Under the pieces are notes generated by a model that saw only the letters and a program-made list of their open reading frames with translations, was not told the origin of the DNA and searched no databases. Position numbers and translations under genes: made by a program. Shown here piece by piece: positions 47,100 to 56,652 of a DNA stretch of 64,000 nucleotides (the stretch's first letter is position 1; every line of letters starts with the position of its first letter). The stretch comes from an uncultured Candidatus Saccharibacteria bacterium (GTDB lineage: Bacteria; Patescibacteriota; Minisyncoccia; UBA6257; WO2-44-18), in the NCBI GenBank assembly GCA_964503795.1, contig CAZDBT010000002.1, forward strand, positions 17,989 through 81,988, in the 5' to 3' direction.

Positions 47100-49208
47100 T
47101 TAACTCGTCATATACTTCATGATCACTTCCTTGGCGATCAACAGCTTCTGAACTTCGCTGGTGCCCTCAAAGATCCGGTTGACCCGGAAATCGCGGAGGA
47201 TCCTTTCCATCCCGTAATCTCCGATGTATCCCGATCCGCCGAGCACCTGCAGCGCTTTGTCGATCGCTGTGAAGCCCCATTCGGCGCAGATAAACTTCAC
47301 TGCCGCCGCCTGCTTCCGGACACCAAGGGGATCCTTTTCGTACTGCCCCAGCGTCTTTTCGTAGAGAGCTTCCATCGCCAGTTTGGTTGCCTCGATCTCG
47401 CCGATAGCGGCCTGCGTCAGCTGTTTCATGAACAAAGGTTCGCCACCGATCATACGAGTTTTAGCGAACTCCATCATGATCTCCTGCGCTCGTTCCACCG
47501 CGCCGACACATCCGGCCCCAAGGCTGATGCGCGACTGGTTGAAGACGTTCATCGCGATCTTGAATCCATGGCCAACATCGCCGATCAAGTGGTCGTCAGG
47601 TACAAATACGTCATCGAGCGCGAAGGCGCTGGTGCAAGAGGCGTGCAGGCCCATCTTCTCTTCGGTTTCTTTGGTGAGTTTGTATCCGGCCGACTTGGTC
47701 GGAACGATGAACATCGCCTGGGTCTTGTTGCCGCCCTCCTTATCGGTCTGAGCGAGAGTAACGATAGCATCGGCGATCGCTCCATTAGAGATGAACTGCT
47801 TGGCGCCGTCGATCTGCCAACCGCCATCAACCTTCTTGGCGAAAGTAGTGATGCCGGCAACGTCCGAGCCGACGTTCGGTTCGGTGGTAGCATAGGCGCC
47901 GATGATCTCTCCGGCAATGCCGCGAGGCAGCCAGGCTTTTTTCTGCTCCTCGCTTCCGAAGAGATAGATAGTTTTCAAGAAGAGGCTGGTGTGCGCTCCC
48001 AGCATCACAGCCGTCGAGCCGTGATACTTGGAAATTTCTCGCATCATCACCGCAAAACCGCGAAGACCAAGACCGGAACCGCCGTACTTTTCATCGAACG
48101 GCACTCCGTAAAATCCAAGCTCCGCCATCTCTTTTATGAGTTCCGGCAGAACGCGTTTCTCATGTTCCATTTTTTCGACGTTGGGCTTGATCCTTTTTTC
48201 GCAGAAGTCGTGAACCATTTCCTTCAGCATCTCCAGCTCTTCCGACTTGTCCGAATCCTTGGCGGATTCGGTGACCGGAGCGGTAATGATGACGGAAGGG
48301 GATTCGGCCTTCACAGGGGGAGGCTTTGGCGGGTCTTTGAGTAACCCAAATTTTCGAAGAAATGACTCCACGCCCAGCCTAGCTTCATCCTCCATGATCA
48401 AAGCCGCGAATTCTTTTTTCTCCAGCTCCAAAGCGGGAAGAAGCGGATGCAGGACTCCGTGAGAAACAGAGGCGAGAAGAGCCTCGCAAGCGCGGGGGAA
48501 CTTCTTCGCCTGCGTTTCCATTGCCCTTCGGAACTGTTCATCTTCGTCCAACTTTTCCAGCTCTTCCGGGAAATCTCGCATCATGACCGGCTTTGGATCT
48601 TTCCACAGACATTTCGTCAGCCATTCCTCCGGTTTGTTGACCAGATCGTCAACCAAACCGATCTCTTTGGCTTCCTTGGCAGAAACGGACGAACCCGTCA
48701 CCATCATCAGCATCGCCTTTTTCAGCGACACCAGACGCGGCAGACGCTGCGTTCCGCCCATCCCGGGAATGATACCGAGCGTGATCTCCGGCTGACCGAT
48801 CATCGCGTCTTTCGTGGCGATACGCCAGGTACAAGCCAAGGCCAGCTCACTGCCGCCGCCCAGACAAAGCCCGCGAATGAAGGCCACCGTCGGCTTGCCA
48901 AGATCAGCGATGAGATTGAGCATTCCGTGCGCCTCATTGAGAAGCGCCATGGCTTTTACCTCATCCTTGTCCAACATCATTTTATGAATTTCCGGAACGT
49001 GAGCTCCGGACGAGAAAAACATAATGTTGGCGCTCTTGATCACAACCACCTTCAGGCTGTCATCTTTCCTGGCTTCCATCAGTTGATCGCGCAATTGCAA
49101 CATCAAAGGCGTCGTCAATTCGTTCCGCTGCGGGTTATTGATCACGATCGTTCCGATTTCGCCATTCTTCTCCAACGAAACTAACTGCTTTTCGGCGACT
49201 TGAGACAT
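47100..49208 (-). CDS. Fusion protein: enoyl-CoA hydratase (crotonase) + acyl-CoA dehydrogenase (702 aa)
   Basis: N-terminal FSSGA, GGGSEL, QPEI.LG..PG.GGTQRL; Pro-rich linker; C-terminal YATTEP.VGSD, G.KQFISNG, KMG, Q.LGG.GY, IFEGTSE. Start ATG 49208 after AAGGAG. Confidence 0.93.
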   Translation of the reverse strand: MSQVAEKQLVSLEKNGEIGTIVINNPQRNELTTPLMLQLRDQLMEARKDDSLKVVVIKSANIMFFSSGAHVPEIHKMMLDKDEVKAMALLNEAHGMLNLIADLGKPTVAFIRGLCLGGGSELALACTWRIATKDAMIGQPEITLGIIPGMGGTQRLPRLVSLKKAMLMMVTGSSVSAKEAKEIGLVDDLVNKPEEWLTKCLWKDPKPVMMRDFPEELEKLDEDEQFRRAMETQAKKFPRACEALLASVSHGVLHPLLPALELEKKEFAALIMEDEARLGVESFLRKFGLLKDPPKPPPVKAESPSVIITAPVTESAKDSDKSEELEMLKEMVHDFCEKRIKPNVEKMEHEKRVLPELIKEMAELGFYGVPFDEKYGGSGLGLRGFAVMMREISKYHGSTAVMLGAHTSLFLKTIYLFGSEEQKKAWLPRGIAGEIIGAYATTEPNVGSDVAGITTFAKKVDGGWQIDGAKQFISNGAIADAIVTLAQTDKEGGNKTQAMFIVPTKSAGYKLTKETEEKMGLHASCTSAFALDDVFVPDDHLIGDVGHGFKIAMNVFNQSRISLGAGCVGAVERAQEIMMEFAKTRMIGGEPLFMKQLTQAAIGEIEATKLAMEALYEKTLGQYEKDPLGVRKQAAAVKFICAEWGFTAIDKALQVLGGSGYIGDYGMERILRDFRVNRIFEGTSEVQKLLIAKEVIMKYMTS

Positions 49209-49247
49209 AACATTCTCCTTGTTAATTTGCCGAACGTATTTTACAAC

Positions 49248-49281
49248 AAAAAACCCCGCTTTGTAAAGCGGGGATGGGGTA
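49248..49281 (-). terminator. Intrinsic terminator after the HAD gene
   Basis: Minus strand CCCGCTTT-AC-AAAGCGGG-G-TTTTTT. Confidence 0.75.
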
Positions 49282-50382
49282 TTATTTTTCACTGACTTTC
49301 GGCGAGAGATAGATCTCTTCCTTCTTCGCCCAACCGAGCGGTCCGCCGTAACTTTGCGGATAGCCGATCCCGAAAGCGCAGCCGATCTCAATGTCTTCAT
49401 CCGAAGCCACGTTTTCTTTCTGGCAACGCAGGGCCTCGAGCGCCATTTCGTCCATCATCCGATGGACGGCATCTTGAGCGTTGCCGCCGGAACGATTGGG
49501 AAATTCTTTTTTGACCATTTCCATCACTGCCGGACGGTCCCGTCCGTCGTGAACATAGAACCCAGCGCCGGTTTTTCTGCCGGTCCGTCCGGCATCTACC
49601 AACATCCGGAGCAACGGAGAGGGCTTCATCCGTTCGCCGTAACCGCGGTAGAGAACATCGGCAACTTCCGCGCCGACATCCAAGCCCACCATATCCATCA
49701 GCAAGAACGGACCCATTGGCCAGCCGAGTTCTACGGCCGCGGTATCGAGTTCTTCCGGCTCGAGCGCTTTTTCGCAAAGCAGCTTGGCTGCCGAGTTCAG
49801 ATAGGGCATCAGCAGGCGGTTGACCAGAAATCCGGGGACGTCCTTCACCTGGATCACGGTCTTGCCGAGATCTTCGGTGAAGTTTTTCAGATCGCGCAGA
49901 GTGGCTTCGCTGGTCGAACCGGTTTTTACCAACTCGACAAGCTTCATCGCCGTCGGCGGATTGAAGAAATGCAGACCAGCGAACTTATCCGATCGATCGG
50001 TAGACTTGGCGAGTTCGGCGATCGAGAGTGAGGAAGTATTGGAAGCAAATAGCGCTTCCGGCTTAACCACCTTGTCGAGTTCCGTCCAGATATTCATCTT
50101 AAGAGAGAGGTTTTCCGGAACCGCTTCGATCACCAGATCGACATCGGCGAGATCGGCATAATTCGACGTAGCGGTAATTAAGCTCTTTTTTCCTTCCGCA
50201 TCCGTTTGATCCATCTTCCCTTTTTCCGCCCAGCGGTCGAATATCGCATGAGCTTTTCCGAGAGCTTTGGCGGCAAGTTCATCGTTCATTTCCTTAATGA
50301 CAACCGGCAAACCGCCGCGGCGAGCCGTCTCCACTGCGATTCCGTGACCCATTGCGCCGCCACCGATCACTGCAATCTTCAT
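49282..50382 (-). CDS. 3-hydroxyacyl-CoA dehydrogenase (FadB/FadJ HAD region with duplicated C-terminal domain)
   Basis: GGGAMGHGIA, IEAVPE, SNTSSL, HFFNPP..M.LVE, PGF.VNR, PMGP...D.VGLD and G.K.G.GFY. Alternative start GTG 50391. Confidence 0.93.
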   Translation of the reverse strand: MKIAVIGGGAMGHGIAVETARRGGLPVVIKEMNDELAAKALGKAHAIFDRWAEKGKMDQTDAEGKKSLITATSNYADLADVDLVIEAVPENLSLKMNIWTELDKVVKPEALFASNTSSLSIAELAKSTDRSDKFAGLHFFNPPTAMKLVELVKTGSTSEATLRDLKNFTEDLGKTVIQVKDVPGFLVNRLLMPYLNSAAKLLCEKALEPEELDTAAVELGWPMGPFLLMDMVGLDVGAEVADVLYRGYGERMKPSPLLRMLVDAGRTGRKTGAGFYVHDGRDRPAVMEMVKKEFPNRSGGNAQDAVHRMMDEMALEALRCQKENVASDEDIEIGCAFGIGYPQSYGGPLGWAKKEEIYLSPKVSEK

Positions 50383-50480
50383 TATACTCACGGAGTTTTC
50401 CTTTCTCATTGATTAAGAACCGAGGTTATTTTGCCAAAATTTATCAAGAAAAGCAAATAAAAAGCCCCGTATTCGGGGGC

Positions 50481-51590
50481 TTATTTCGGCCTTCTGGCCA
50501 GTCCGTAATTGCTGTATTTCGGATCGCCGGTGACTTCCTCAACCTTGCCGAGCCAGTCCGGGATCTCAACCTTATCGTTTTCTTCCGTCAGTTCGATCTC
50601 CAACCGGACCATTCCGCGAAGCCGGCCGGGCTCCAGAAAGATATCCAGCTCAAAATACTGATTTTTCCACAGAAAGCAGATGCGGTTTTTTCGGACAATG
50701 TCGTGATCGGGGCTGGCGAAGCGAAGTTTACTGGCATATTCCATCGGGGAGATCTGCCATTCGTTTTCTGGCCGGGAAGCGGGAGAGATGGCGGGCAGTT
50801 TCTGGGTTTCGTAGTACACGGCATTGCAATCTTCCTGACTGCGCCGGCGTACCCGACTTTCCGTACTACCCTGTTTTTCCAGGTAGGCCTGTTCAATGTG
50901 GATCTTCTTGAACGGCACCGGGATCTTCCGGAGCTGAACACCGCCGCGCACCAGGAACCAGCGTTCGGTTTCCAGAGCTACCGGATCGCCCAGCAGTCTG
51001 CGGACTTCGTTGAGAAGCCGGTGCATTTTTTGTTCGAACAGAGTGGAGTTATCTATTACCCGCAGATGCGGATGGCCGAGCCAGGCATTTTGCGTGCGCA
51101 GATCGGCCGCCACCGCTTCTTCGGCAGTTTCCAACCGCGAAGGGTTGTTGTCTTTCGTGTAGAACTCGGGCTTGCCGTTGGCCACCGTCATCAGATGGAA
51201 AACTCCATCATAGCGGCGGTCGCGCGCGTCTACTTCGGTCATTCCGTTTCTCGCGAGAAGTTCTTCATAGACTTCCTGCGTGGTGTAGGCCTTCGCATCA
51301 AGCAAGCCACGGTCGCAAACCATCAGGACCTTCTTGCCACCCTTGATCTCCATCGCTCGGCCGAAGGTAACATCTTCAAATCCCAACTGGGTCTTGAAAA
51401 TAAGATCCTGGAATTCAAGATACTGTTCAGGGGTCAGATTTGCCGGATGCAGACCGCACCCGATGATCAAAGTGGCGACTTCCGGAACGAAGATGGGCGT
51501 CCAGCCATAGTTGAGTAGTTTTTCCAGCAGGAAATTCTTTCCGGTGGTTTTCCCGCCACACGGTCCGCCGGTCAAAACGATCCGTTTCAT
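50481..51590 (-). CDS. P-loop NTPase (AAA_28/NadR-like) fused to a CYTH domain
   Basis: LTGGPCGGKT, CDRG..D, W.GHP; C-terminal ETER.FL, I.Q.YL, RVR.R, K.R..F, LEIE and EVT.D..Y.N..LA. Confidence 0.88.
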   Translation of the reverse strand: MKRIVLTGGPCGGKTTGKNFLLEKLLNYGWTPIFVPEVATLIIGCGLHPANLTPEQYLEFQDLIFKTQLGFEDVTFGRAMEIKGGKKVLMVCDRGLLDAKAYTTQEVYEELLARNGMTEVDARDRRYDGVFHLMTVANGKPEFYTKDNNPSRLETAEEAVAADLRTQNAWLGHPHLRVIDNSTLFEQKMHRLLNEVRRLLGDPVALETERWFLVRGGVQLRKIPVPFKKIHIEQAYLEKQGSTESRVRRRSQEDCNAVYYETQKLPAISPASRPENEWQISPMEYASKLRFASPDHDIVRKNRICFLWKNQYFELDIFLEPGRLRGMVRLEIELTEENDKVEIPDWLGKVEEVTGDPKYSNYGLARRPK

Positions 51591-51642
51591 CCACCTTCTC
51601 CTTTTACTATTTCAACGAACTCGGTTATTATATAAAAACTTT

Positions 51643-52662
51643 ATGAAATTATCTATAGGAATCGTGGGACTGCCGAACGTGGGGAAGTCCACTCTTTTTA
51701 AGATACTGACGAAAAACGACGTGAATATCGCTAATTATCCTTTTTGCACCATTGATCCGAATGTCGGTATTGTTACTGTGCCGGACGAACGCCTGGATAA
51801 GCTGACGGCGATGAGCAAATCGGCAAAAACCATTCCCGCGGTGGTGGAATTCTATGATATCGCCGGTCTGGTGAAAGGCGCCAGCGCGGGCGAGGGTTTG
51901 GGAAATAAATTCTTGACTCACATTCGGGAAACCAACGCGGTGCTGATGGTGTTAAGGGTTTTTCAGAGCAGTGAGATCATTCACGTGGAAAATTCCGTGG
52001 ACCCGATCCGCGATATGGAAATTATCAACACCGAACTGGCGTTGAAGGATCTGGAATCCATAGAAAAGATCTACAAGAAAGCCGAGGGCGACACCAAAAC
52101 CGGCGGCCCGGCGCAAAAGCAGGCGATCAAAGATTTTGAAGCGACAAAGAAAGTTAAAGAGGCCTTGGAAGCCGGAAAAAATCTGGCGGCTTCGGAATTT
52201 GCTGAAGCTGTGGGAAATGAAAAGGTGGCCGCGTTGAATTTACTGTCCGCTAAAAAACAGGTTTATTTGCTCAATGGAACGGAGGCGGATGTTGCAGAGG
52301 AATTGAAAAAGAAGATCATCGAAAGGGGAGCGGGTTATGTGGTAGCCGACCTCTCTTCCGTTACCGAAATTCCGGAACTGGTTAAAAAAGCTTATGAGGT
52401 GCTTGGCCTGATGAGTTTTTTCACCACCGGCCCCGATGAATCCCGCGCTTGGACGATCCGGCAGGGGAGTAAGGCTCCGCAAGCCGCCGGCGCAATTCAT
52501 ACCGATTTTGAAAAGAAATTTATCCGCGCCGAAGTGATCAATTGCGCCAAACTTTTAGAGGCGGGCTCTTGGAGCGCGGCTAAACAAAAAGGCTGGCTTC
52601 GCTTGGAAGGAAAAGAGTATGTATTCCAGGATGGGGACGTCACCGAGTTCCGTCATGGCTAG
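51643..52662 (+). CDS. ychF: Ribosome-binding ATPase YchF
   Basis: GIVGLPNVGKSTLF, NYPFCTIDPN, DIAGLV.GA..GEGLGN and TGS domain; start ATG 51643. Confidence 0.96.
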   Translation: MKLSIGIVGLPNVGKSTLFKILTKNDVNIANYPFCTIDPNVGIVTVPDERLDKLTAMSKSAKTIPAVVEFYDIAGLVKGASAGEGLGNKFLTHIRETNAVLMVLRVFQSSEIIHVENSVDPIRDMEIINTELALKDLESIEKIYKKAEGDTKTGGPAQKQAIKDFEATKKVKEALEAGKNLAASEFAEAVGNEKVAALNLLSAKKQVYLLNGTEADVAEELKKKIIERGAGYVVADLSSVTEIPELVKKAYEVLGLMSFFTTGPDESRAWTIRQGSKAPQAAGAIHTDFEKKFIRAEVINCAKLLEAGSWSAAKQKGWLRLEGKEYVFQDGDVTEFRHG

Positions 52663-52679
52663 TCTGTTATAATTCACCA

Positions 52680-53078
52680 ATGGAACAAAACTTTGAACAT
52701 TCGGCGATAGAGCAGGATATTAAGGACCTTTCCAAAGAAATCAAAGAGCACGGCCTATCCGATCAGGGTAGAGCAGCTTTGCAGACTTTATTGAAAGAAA
52801 AGACCGCAGCCCCGATAACTGAAAAACCCGCCGCCGCGCCTGCTATGCCAGCCCCCGCCAAACCCAACCCGGCTAGCCCTTTGCCAGATTATGCGCAATC
52901 CGAACCGGCCGATGTGAAGCTAAAGATAGAGAAATTACTGGATATGGCCTGGCATAAAGGCATCCGTAATGCCGCCAAAGAAGCGGCTTTGGCCGGTCCG
53001 TTAGTCTTGGATGCCTTTCACGACGCTCTTATAGATAAGTTGTACCCAGAACTCCAGAAGCGCGGTTTGCTAAGATAA
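52680..53078 (+). CDS. Conserved hypothetical protein
   Basis: KGI..A...A....LDAFHD.L motif; co-oriented with the downstream ATPase. Confidence 0.7.
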   Translation: MEQNFEHSAIEQDIKDLSKEIKEHGLSDQGRAALQTLLKEKTAAPITEKPAAAPAMPAPAKPNPASPLPDYAQSEPADVKLKIEKLLDMAWHKGIRNAAKEAALAGPLVLDAFHDALIDKLYPELQKRGLLR

Positions 53079-53093
53079 GTAGTAGACATATAG

Positions 53094-55451
53094 ATGGACC
53101 AATATATCGCCCTGGCTATTTCTTTTGGCGTTCCTTTACTGCTAGCTTTTTTCGCTTATGCGATTTTTGCGGTTTTCCAAAACAGAAAGAAGCAATTTTT
53201 AAAAACTTTGCGGTTACGGCTCCTATCGATTAGGTTAGCCCAGAAACTTGATGATCAAGGGAAAAAAGATCTGCTCCAGGAGATAAATTTTTCCAGCCAG
53301 CTTTTCAGTTTATTGTCCGGCCTGAAAATTCCTTTTTCGCTGGAGACGGCGGTTCACAATATCGGCGAGGATATAAATTTTTATATTGCCGTTCCGGAGG
53401 AATCTTTGGAATTTGCCGCCAAACAGATCCAGGGCTTGTGGGCCGACGCGCAAGTTACCAAGTCCGACGACTACACTATTTTTAATTCCCAAGGCGCGGT
53501 AAAAGCGGCCTACTTAAAATTGAAGCAGGATTTTTCCATCCCGGTCCGGACTTTTACTGAAGCGAATATCGATACCTTCCTACCGATCCTAAGCAATTTT
53601 TCCAAAGTGGAGCTGGCCGGCGAGGGAATGGCGATCCAGGTGCTGGTGCGACCGGCGCATGATGCGGCCCGGAAAATAATTTCCGATTACATAATGCGCC
53701 TAAAGAAGGGCGAAAAGTTCGGCGACATTCTTCATCCGAAGTTGCTTGGCAAGATCTTGCCCAAACCCCCGGCTAAGCCGGACGAAAGACCGGAGCCGGT
53801 CGTGATAGATGAAGAATTGGTCAAATTACTGAACCAAAAAGTAGCTAAACCGCTTTTTGAGGTGAACGTGCGTTTGATCTCATCCGCGCCGTCGGCTTAC
53901 CGCGCCGAAGAACTGCTCTACGCTCTGACCGGTTCTTTCAATCAATTCGCCGCTCCGCTCCGTAATGAATTCAAAGTTACTGAACCTCGTAACCCCAAAG
54001 ATCTCATCTTTAAATTTGTTTTCCGGGAATTTGATGAAAAAGAAAATATGATCCTGAACGCCGACGAAATGGCCAGTTTGTGGCATCTGCCAACCTCTCT
54101 TACGGAAGTTCCTCGGATCAAGTGGGTGAAGTCCAAAGAAGCCGCCCCGCCGCCATCGGTTCTGCCGGATTCCGGCGTTTTGATAGGAGAGAGCCTGTTT
54201 CGCGGGCAATCCCAGCCGGTATTCATTACCGACGAAGACCGCCGCCGTCACATCTACGTTATCGGTCAGACCGGCACCGGAAAATCCACCGCGTTGTTTA
54301 ATATGGCAGCGGGCGATGTTAGGGCCGGAAAGGGGATAGCGGTGGTGGATCCGCATGGCGACTTGATAGAGCATATGCTGGGTTTGATCCCGGAAGAGCG
54401 TTTGAAGGATGTGGTGGTGTTTGACCCGGGAGATCTGCAACATCCCCTAGGTTTGAATATGTTGGAATATGACGCTAACCGGCCGGAGGAAAAAACTTTC
54501 ATCGTCAACGAAATGCAGAGCATTTTCAATAAACTCTTCAATCCGGAAACAATGGGTCCGATGTTCGAGCAGTATATGCGCAACGCCCTTCTGCTTTTGA
54601 TGGACGATCCCAACGAACACGCCACTATTATGGAAGTGCCGAGAATTTTTACCGATGTGGAATACCGCAAACGTTTGCTGCAAAAAGCCACCAACCCGAC
54701 CGTGATCGATTTCTGGGAAAAAGAAGCCGTGAAGGCCGGCGGCGAGGCGTCGCTGGCGAATATGACACCATACATCACCTCCAAGTTCAATAATTTTATT
54801 TCCAACGATTATGTCCGTCCGATCATCGGCCAGCCGGTTTCTTCTTTAAATTTCCGGAAAATTATGGATGAGGGAAAGATCCTGCTGGTGAACTTGTCCA
54901 AGGGCAAGATCGGGGATATCAACGCCGGACTTTTAGGAATGGTGGTGGTTGGCAAGATCCTGCTGGCGGCGCTGTCGCGCGTGGATACGTTGCAGGAGCA
55001 GCGGAAAGATTTCACTTTGTATATCGATGAGTTCCAAAATTTCACCACCGACTCTATTTCCACGATCCTTTCGGAGGCCCGCAAATACCGGCTGAATCTG
55101 GTGATCGCGCACCAGTTCATCGGCCAGCTGACCGAGAAGATCCGCAACGCGGTCTTCGGCAATGTCGGCTCGCAGATAGTTTTCCGGGTGGGCGCGGAAG
55201 ACGCGGAATTTTTGGTCAAACAATTTGAGCCGGTATTCACGAAAAATGACCTGCTCAACATAGACAACTTCAACGCTTACGCCAAGTTATTGATCAATGG
55301 CCAGACCGCCAAGCCGTTCAATATCCACATCTTCCCTCCGGCGAAAGGCAACTTGAATATGATCGAAAAAGCTAAGAATATGTCCCGCGAAGTCTACGGC
55401 CGCGACCGCCAGATGGTGGAGTTGGATATACTCAAGCGCTTGCGCGGTTAG
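53094..55451 (+). CDS. DUF87 / TraD-VirD4-like (HerA/FtsK superfamily) ATPase
   Basis: DRRRH.Y.IGQTGTGKS, DPHGD, LYIDEFQNF, LSEARKY and AHQ motifs; N-terminal TM. Confidence 0.9.
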   Translation: MDQYIALAISFGVPLLLAFFAYAIFAVFQNRKKQFLKTLRLRLLSIRLAQKLDDQGKKDLLQEINFSSQLFSLLSGLKIPFSLETAVHNIGEDINFYIAVPEESLEFAAKQIQGLWADAQVTKSDDYTIFNSQGAVKAAYLKLKQDFSIPVRTFTEANIDTFLPILSNFSKVELAGEGMAIQVLVRPAHDAARKIISDYIMRLKKGEKFGDILHPKLLGKILPKPPAKPDERPEPVVIDEELVKLLNQKVAKPLFEVNVRLISSAPSAYRAEELLYALTGSFNQFAAPLRNEFKVTEPRNPKDLIFKFVFREFDEKENMILNADEMASLWHLPTSLTEVPRIKWVKSKEAAPPPSVLPDSGVLIGESLFRGQSQPVFITDEDRRRHIYVIGQTGTGKSTALFNMAAGDVRAGKGIAVVDPHGDLIEHMLGLIPEERLKDVVVFDPGDLQHPLGLNMLEYDANRPEEKTFIVNEMQSIFNKLFNPETMGPMFEQYMRNALLLLMDDPNEHATIMEVPRIFTDVEYRKRLLQKATNPTVIDFWEKEAVKAGGEASLANMTPYITSKFNNFISNDYVRPIIGQPVSSLNFRKIMDEGKILLVNLSKGKIGDINAGLLGMVVVGKILLAALSRVDTLQEQRKDFTLYIDEFQNFTTDSISTILSEARKYRLNLVIAHQFIGQLTEKIRNAVFGNVGSQIVFRVGAEDAEFLVKQFEPVFTKNDLLNIDNFNAYAKLLINGQTAKPFNIHIFPPAKGNLNMIEKAKNMSREVYGRDRQMVELDILKRLRG

Positions 55452-55488
55452 AAAATAAAAACCCGCGATTTCTCGCGGGGAAAGGATA

Positions 55489-56232
55489 CTAGTCGATGCG
55501 GTCAACACCTCCCAGATAATCTTCTTCTGCTGGTGGACGCATCAGGTGGTCGAAGCGATGCGGAAGAAATTGACGCTTGGCTTCTTCTACCATTACCGGA
55601 TCTCCGGGAGGGAAGGGATGGCACACATGAAGCTGAACCGAGGCGCCCTCTTCCTGCGCGTCACGGATGATCGCCTCTACTTCCGCCATCACCCCAGGAC
55701 TTTTCTGTCCGATCATGACGAAGTCAACTTCCTTGGCGAACTTTCGGACAAGCTCCACCGTAACCTCGTCCTGGCTCTTCCTTGGGAATTCTGGAAGGCC
55801 GGAAAGCTTCGAGAACTTGAATGAGGGGTATTGCCTCTCCGACTCGGAGATCGACGACAGATCGGATTCGCCGGCCTTCTCGACTTCCCTGGCGAACTCC
55901 TTGCCGCAAAGATCCTCTGCAAACATCTGGATGAGCCTCTCGCCGATGCTACGGACCGCCATCTTTTTGGCTACGGATCGGTGGGCGACGGGATTGTCAT
56001 CTCCGAGATACAAGTAATCCACCGCGATCTCCCGATCCAGCGCTTCGATGACCCCGTTCCATTCCAGAACGAAGTCTTGAGGCGTCGTGTCGGGCCTGCC
56101 GATGAAGTCCACACGCCTGGCCATCGCGTTGGCGAAGGACATGATGTCTTCCGTGCAGTCCCGCAGGTGATGCTGGATGTCCAGCAACTTGAACGCCAGA
56201 GCCATCGTCGAAACCGTCAGTTTCTTGCGCAT
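55489..56232 (-). CDS. Hypothetical protein (SD-led accessory unit, 247 aa)
   Basis: ATG 56232 (MRKKLTV) after TAAGGAG; TTGACA-N17-TATATT promoter. Confidence 0.72.
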   Translation of the reverse strand: MRKKLTVSTMALAFKLLDIQHHLRDCTEDIMSFANAMARRVDFIGRPDTTPQDFVLEWNGVIEALDREIAVDYLYLGDDNPVAHRSVAKKMAVRSIGERLIQMFAEDLCGKEFAREVEKAGESDLSSISESERQYPSFKFSKLSGLPEFPRKSQDEVTVELVRKFAKEVDFVMIGQKSPGVMAEVEAIIRDAQEEGASVQLHVCHPFPPGDPVMVEEAKRQFLPHRFDHLMRPPAEEDYLGGVDRID

Positions 56233-56258
56233 GGCTTGTCTCCTTAAGAGTTTTAAAA

Positions 56259-56370
56259 TGTTAACGAGCAACGTAAGAGAATATACCAAAATAAGGCTAT
56301 CTTGTCAATAGCTATTGACTTTTAAAGCTGTTTATGATAGGCTAATAGCGTTAATTTACCGCTCTTTTTC
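56259..56370. promoter_or_regulatory. Back-to-back sigma70 promoters, each followed by a boxA-like motif
   Basis: Minus: TTGACA(56308)-N17-TATATT then TGCTCGTTAACA (56270-56259). Plus: TTGACT(56315)-N17-TAGGCT then CGCTCTTTTTC (56360). Confidence 0.7.
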
Positions 56371-56396
56371 TGAATCTTTTTTACGGAGGAACAGTC

Positions 56397-56618
56397 ATGG
56401 CCGGAGAAGCGATCACGGATGGAACGAGAGGCCTTTTCAAGGCTGAACTCACCAGACGCTATGTCGATGGAGGCACCAGGATCGAGACCATTTCTTTCTT
56501 GGCGACTGATCTTCAGGCGGCCCGGGACTTCGCCAACGATGCCTCATTCAGCGAGCCGCTGCTCGACCTAAGGTTCAAAAGCGCGGAGGTGAAAGACGTC
56601 CGGCCGGCAGAAGAGTAG
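56397..56618 (+). CDS. Hypothetical protein (73 aa, SD-led accessory unit)
   Basis: GGAGG SD; terminator AACGGCCCC..GGGGCCGTTTTT at 56625-56654. Confidence 0.7.
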   Translation: MAGEAITDGTRGLFKAELTRRYVDGGTRIETISFLATDLQAARDFANDASFSEPLLDLRFKSAEVKDVRPAEE

Positions 56619-56652
56619 AAATATAACGGCCCCGCAAAATGGGGCCGTTTTT

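Noticed and set aside
47061-48344. 427-aa plus-strand ORF (also 48447-49184, 49354-50031, 50352-51518 and 9984-10760)
   Set aside because: These are antisense shadows of well-supported genes (ACAD fusion, HAD, AAA-CYTH, nrdJ), with no motifs or initiation signals of their own.
53094-55451. TraD/VirD4-like ATPase as evidence of a conjugative element
   Set aside because: No relaxase, VirB genes or integrase in the window; such ATPases are common chromosomal genes in CPR.
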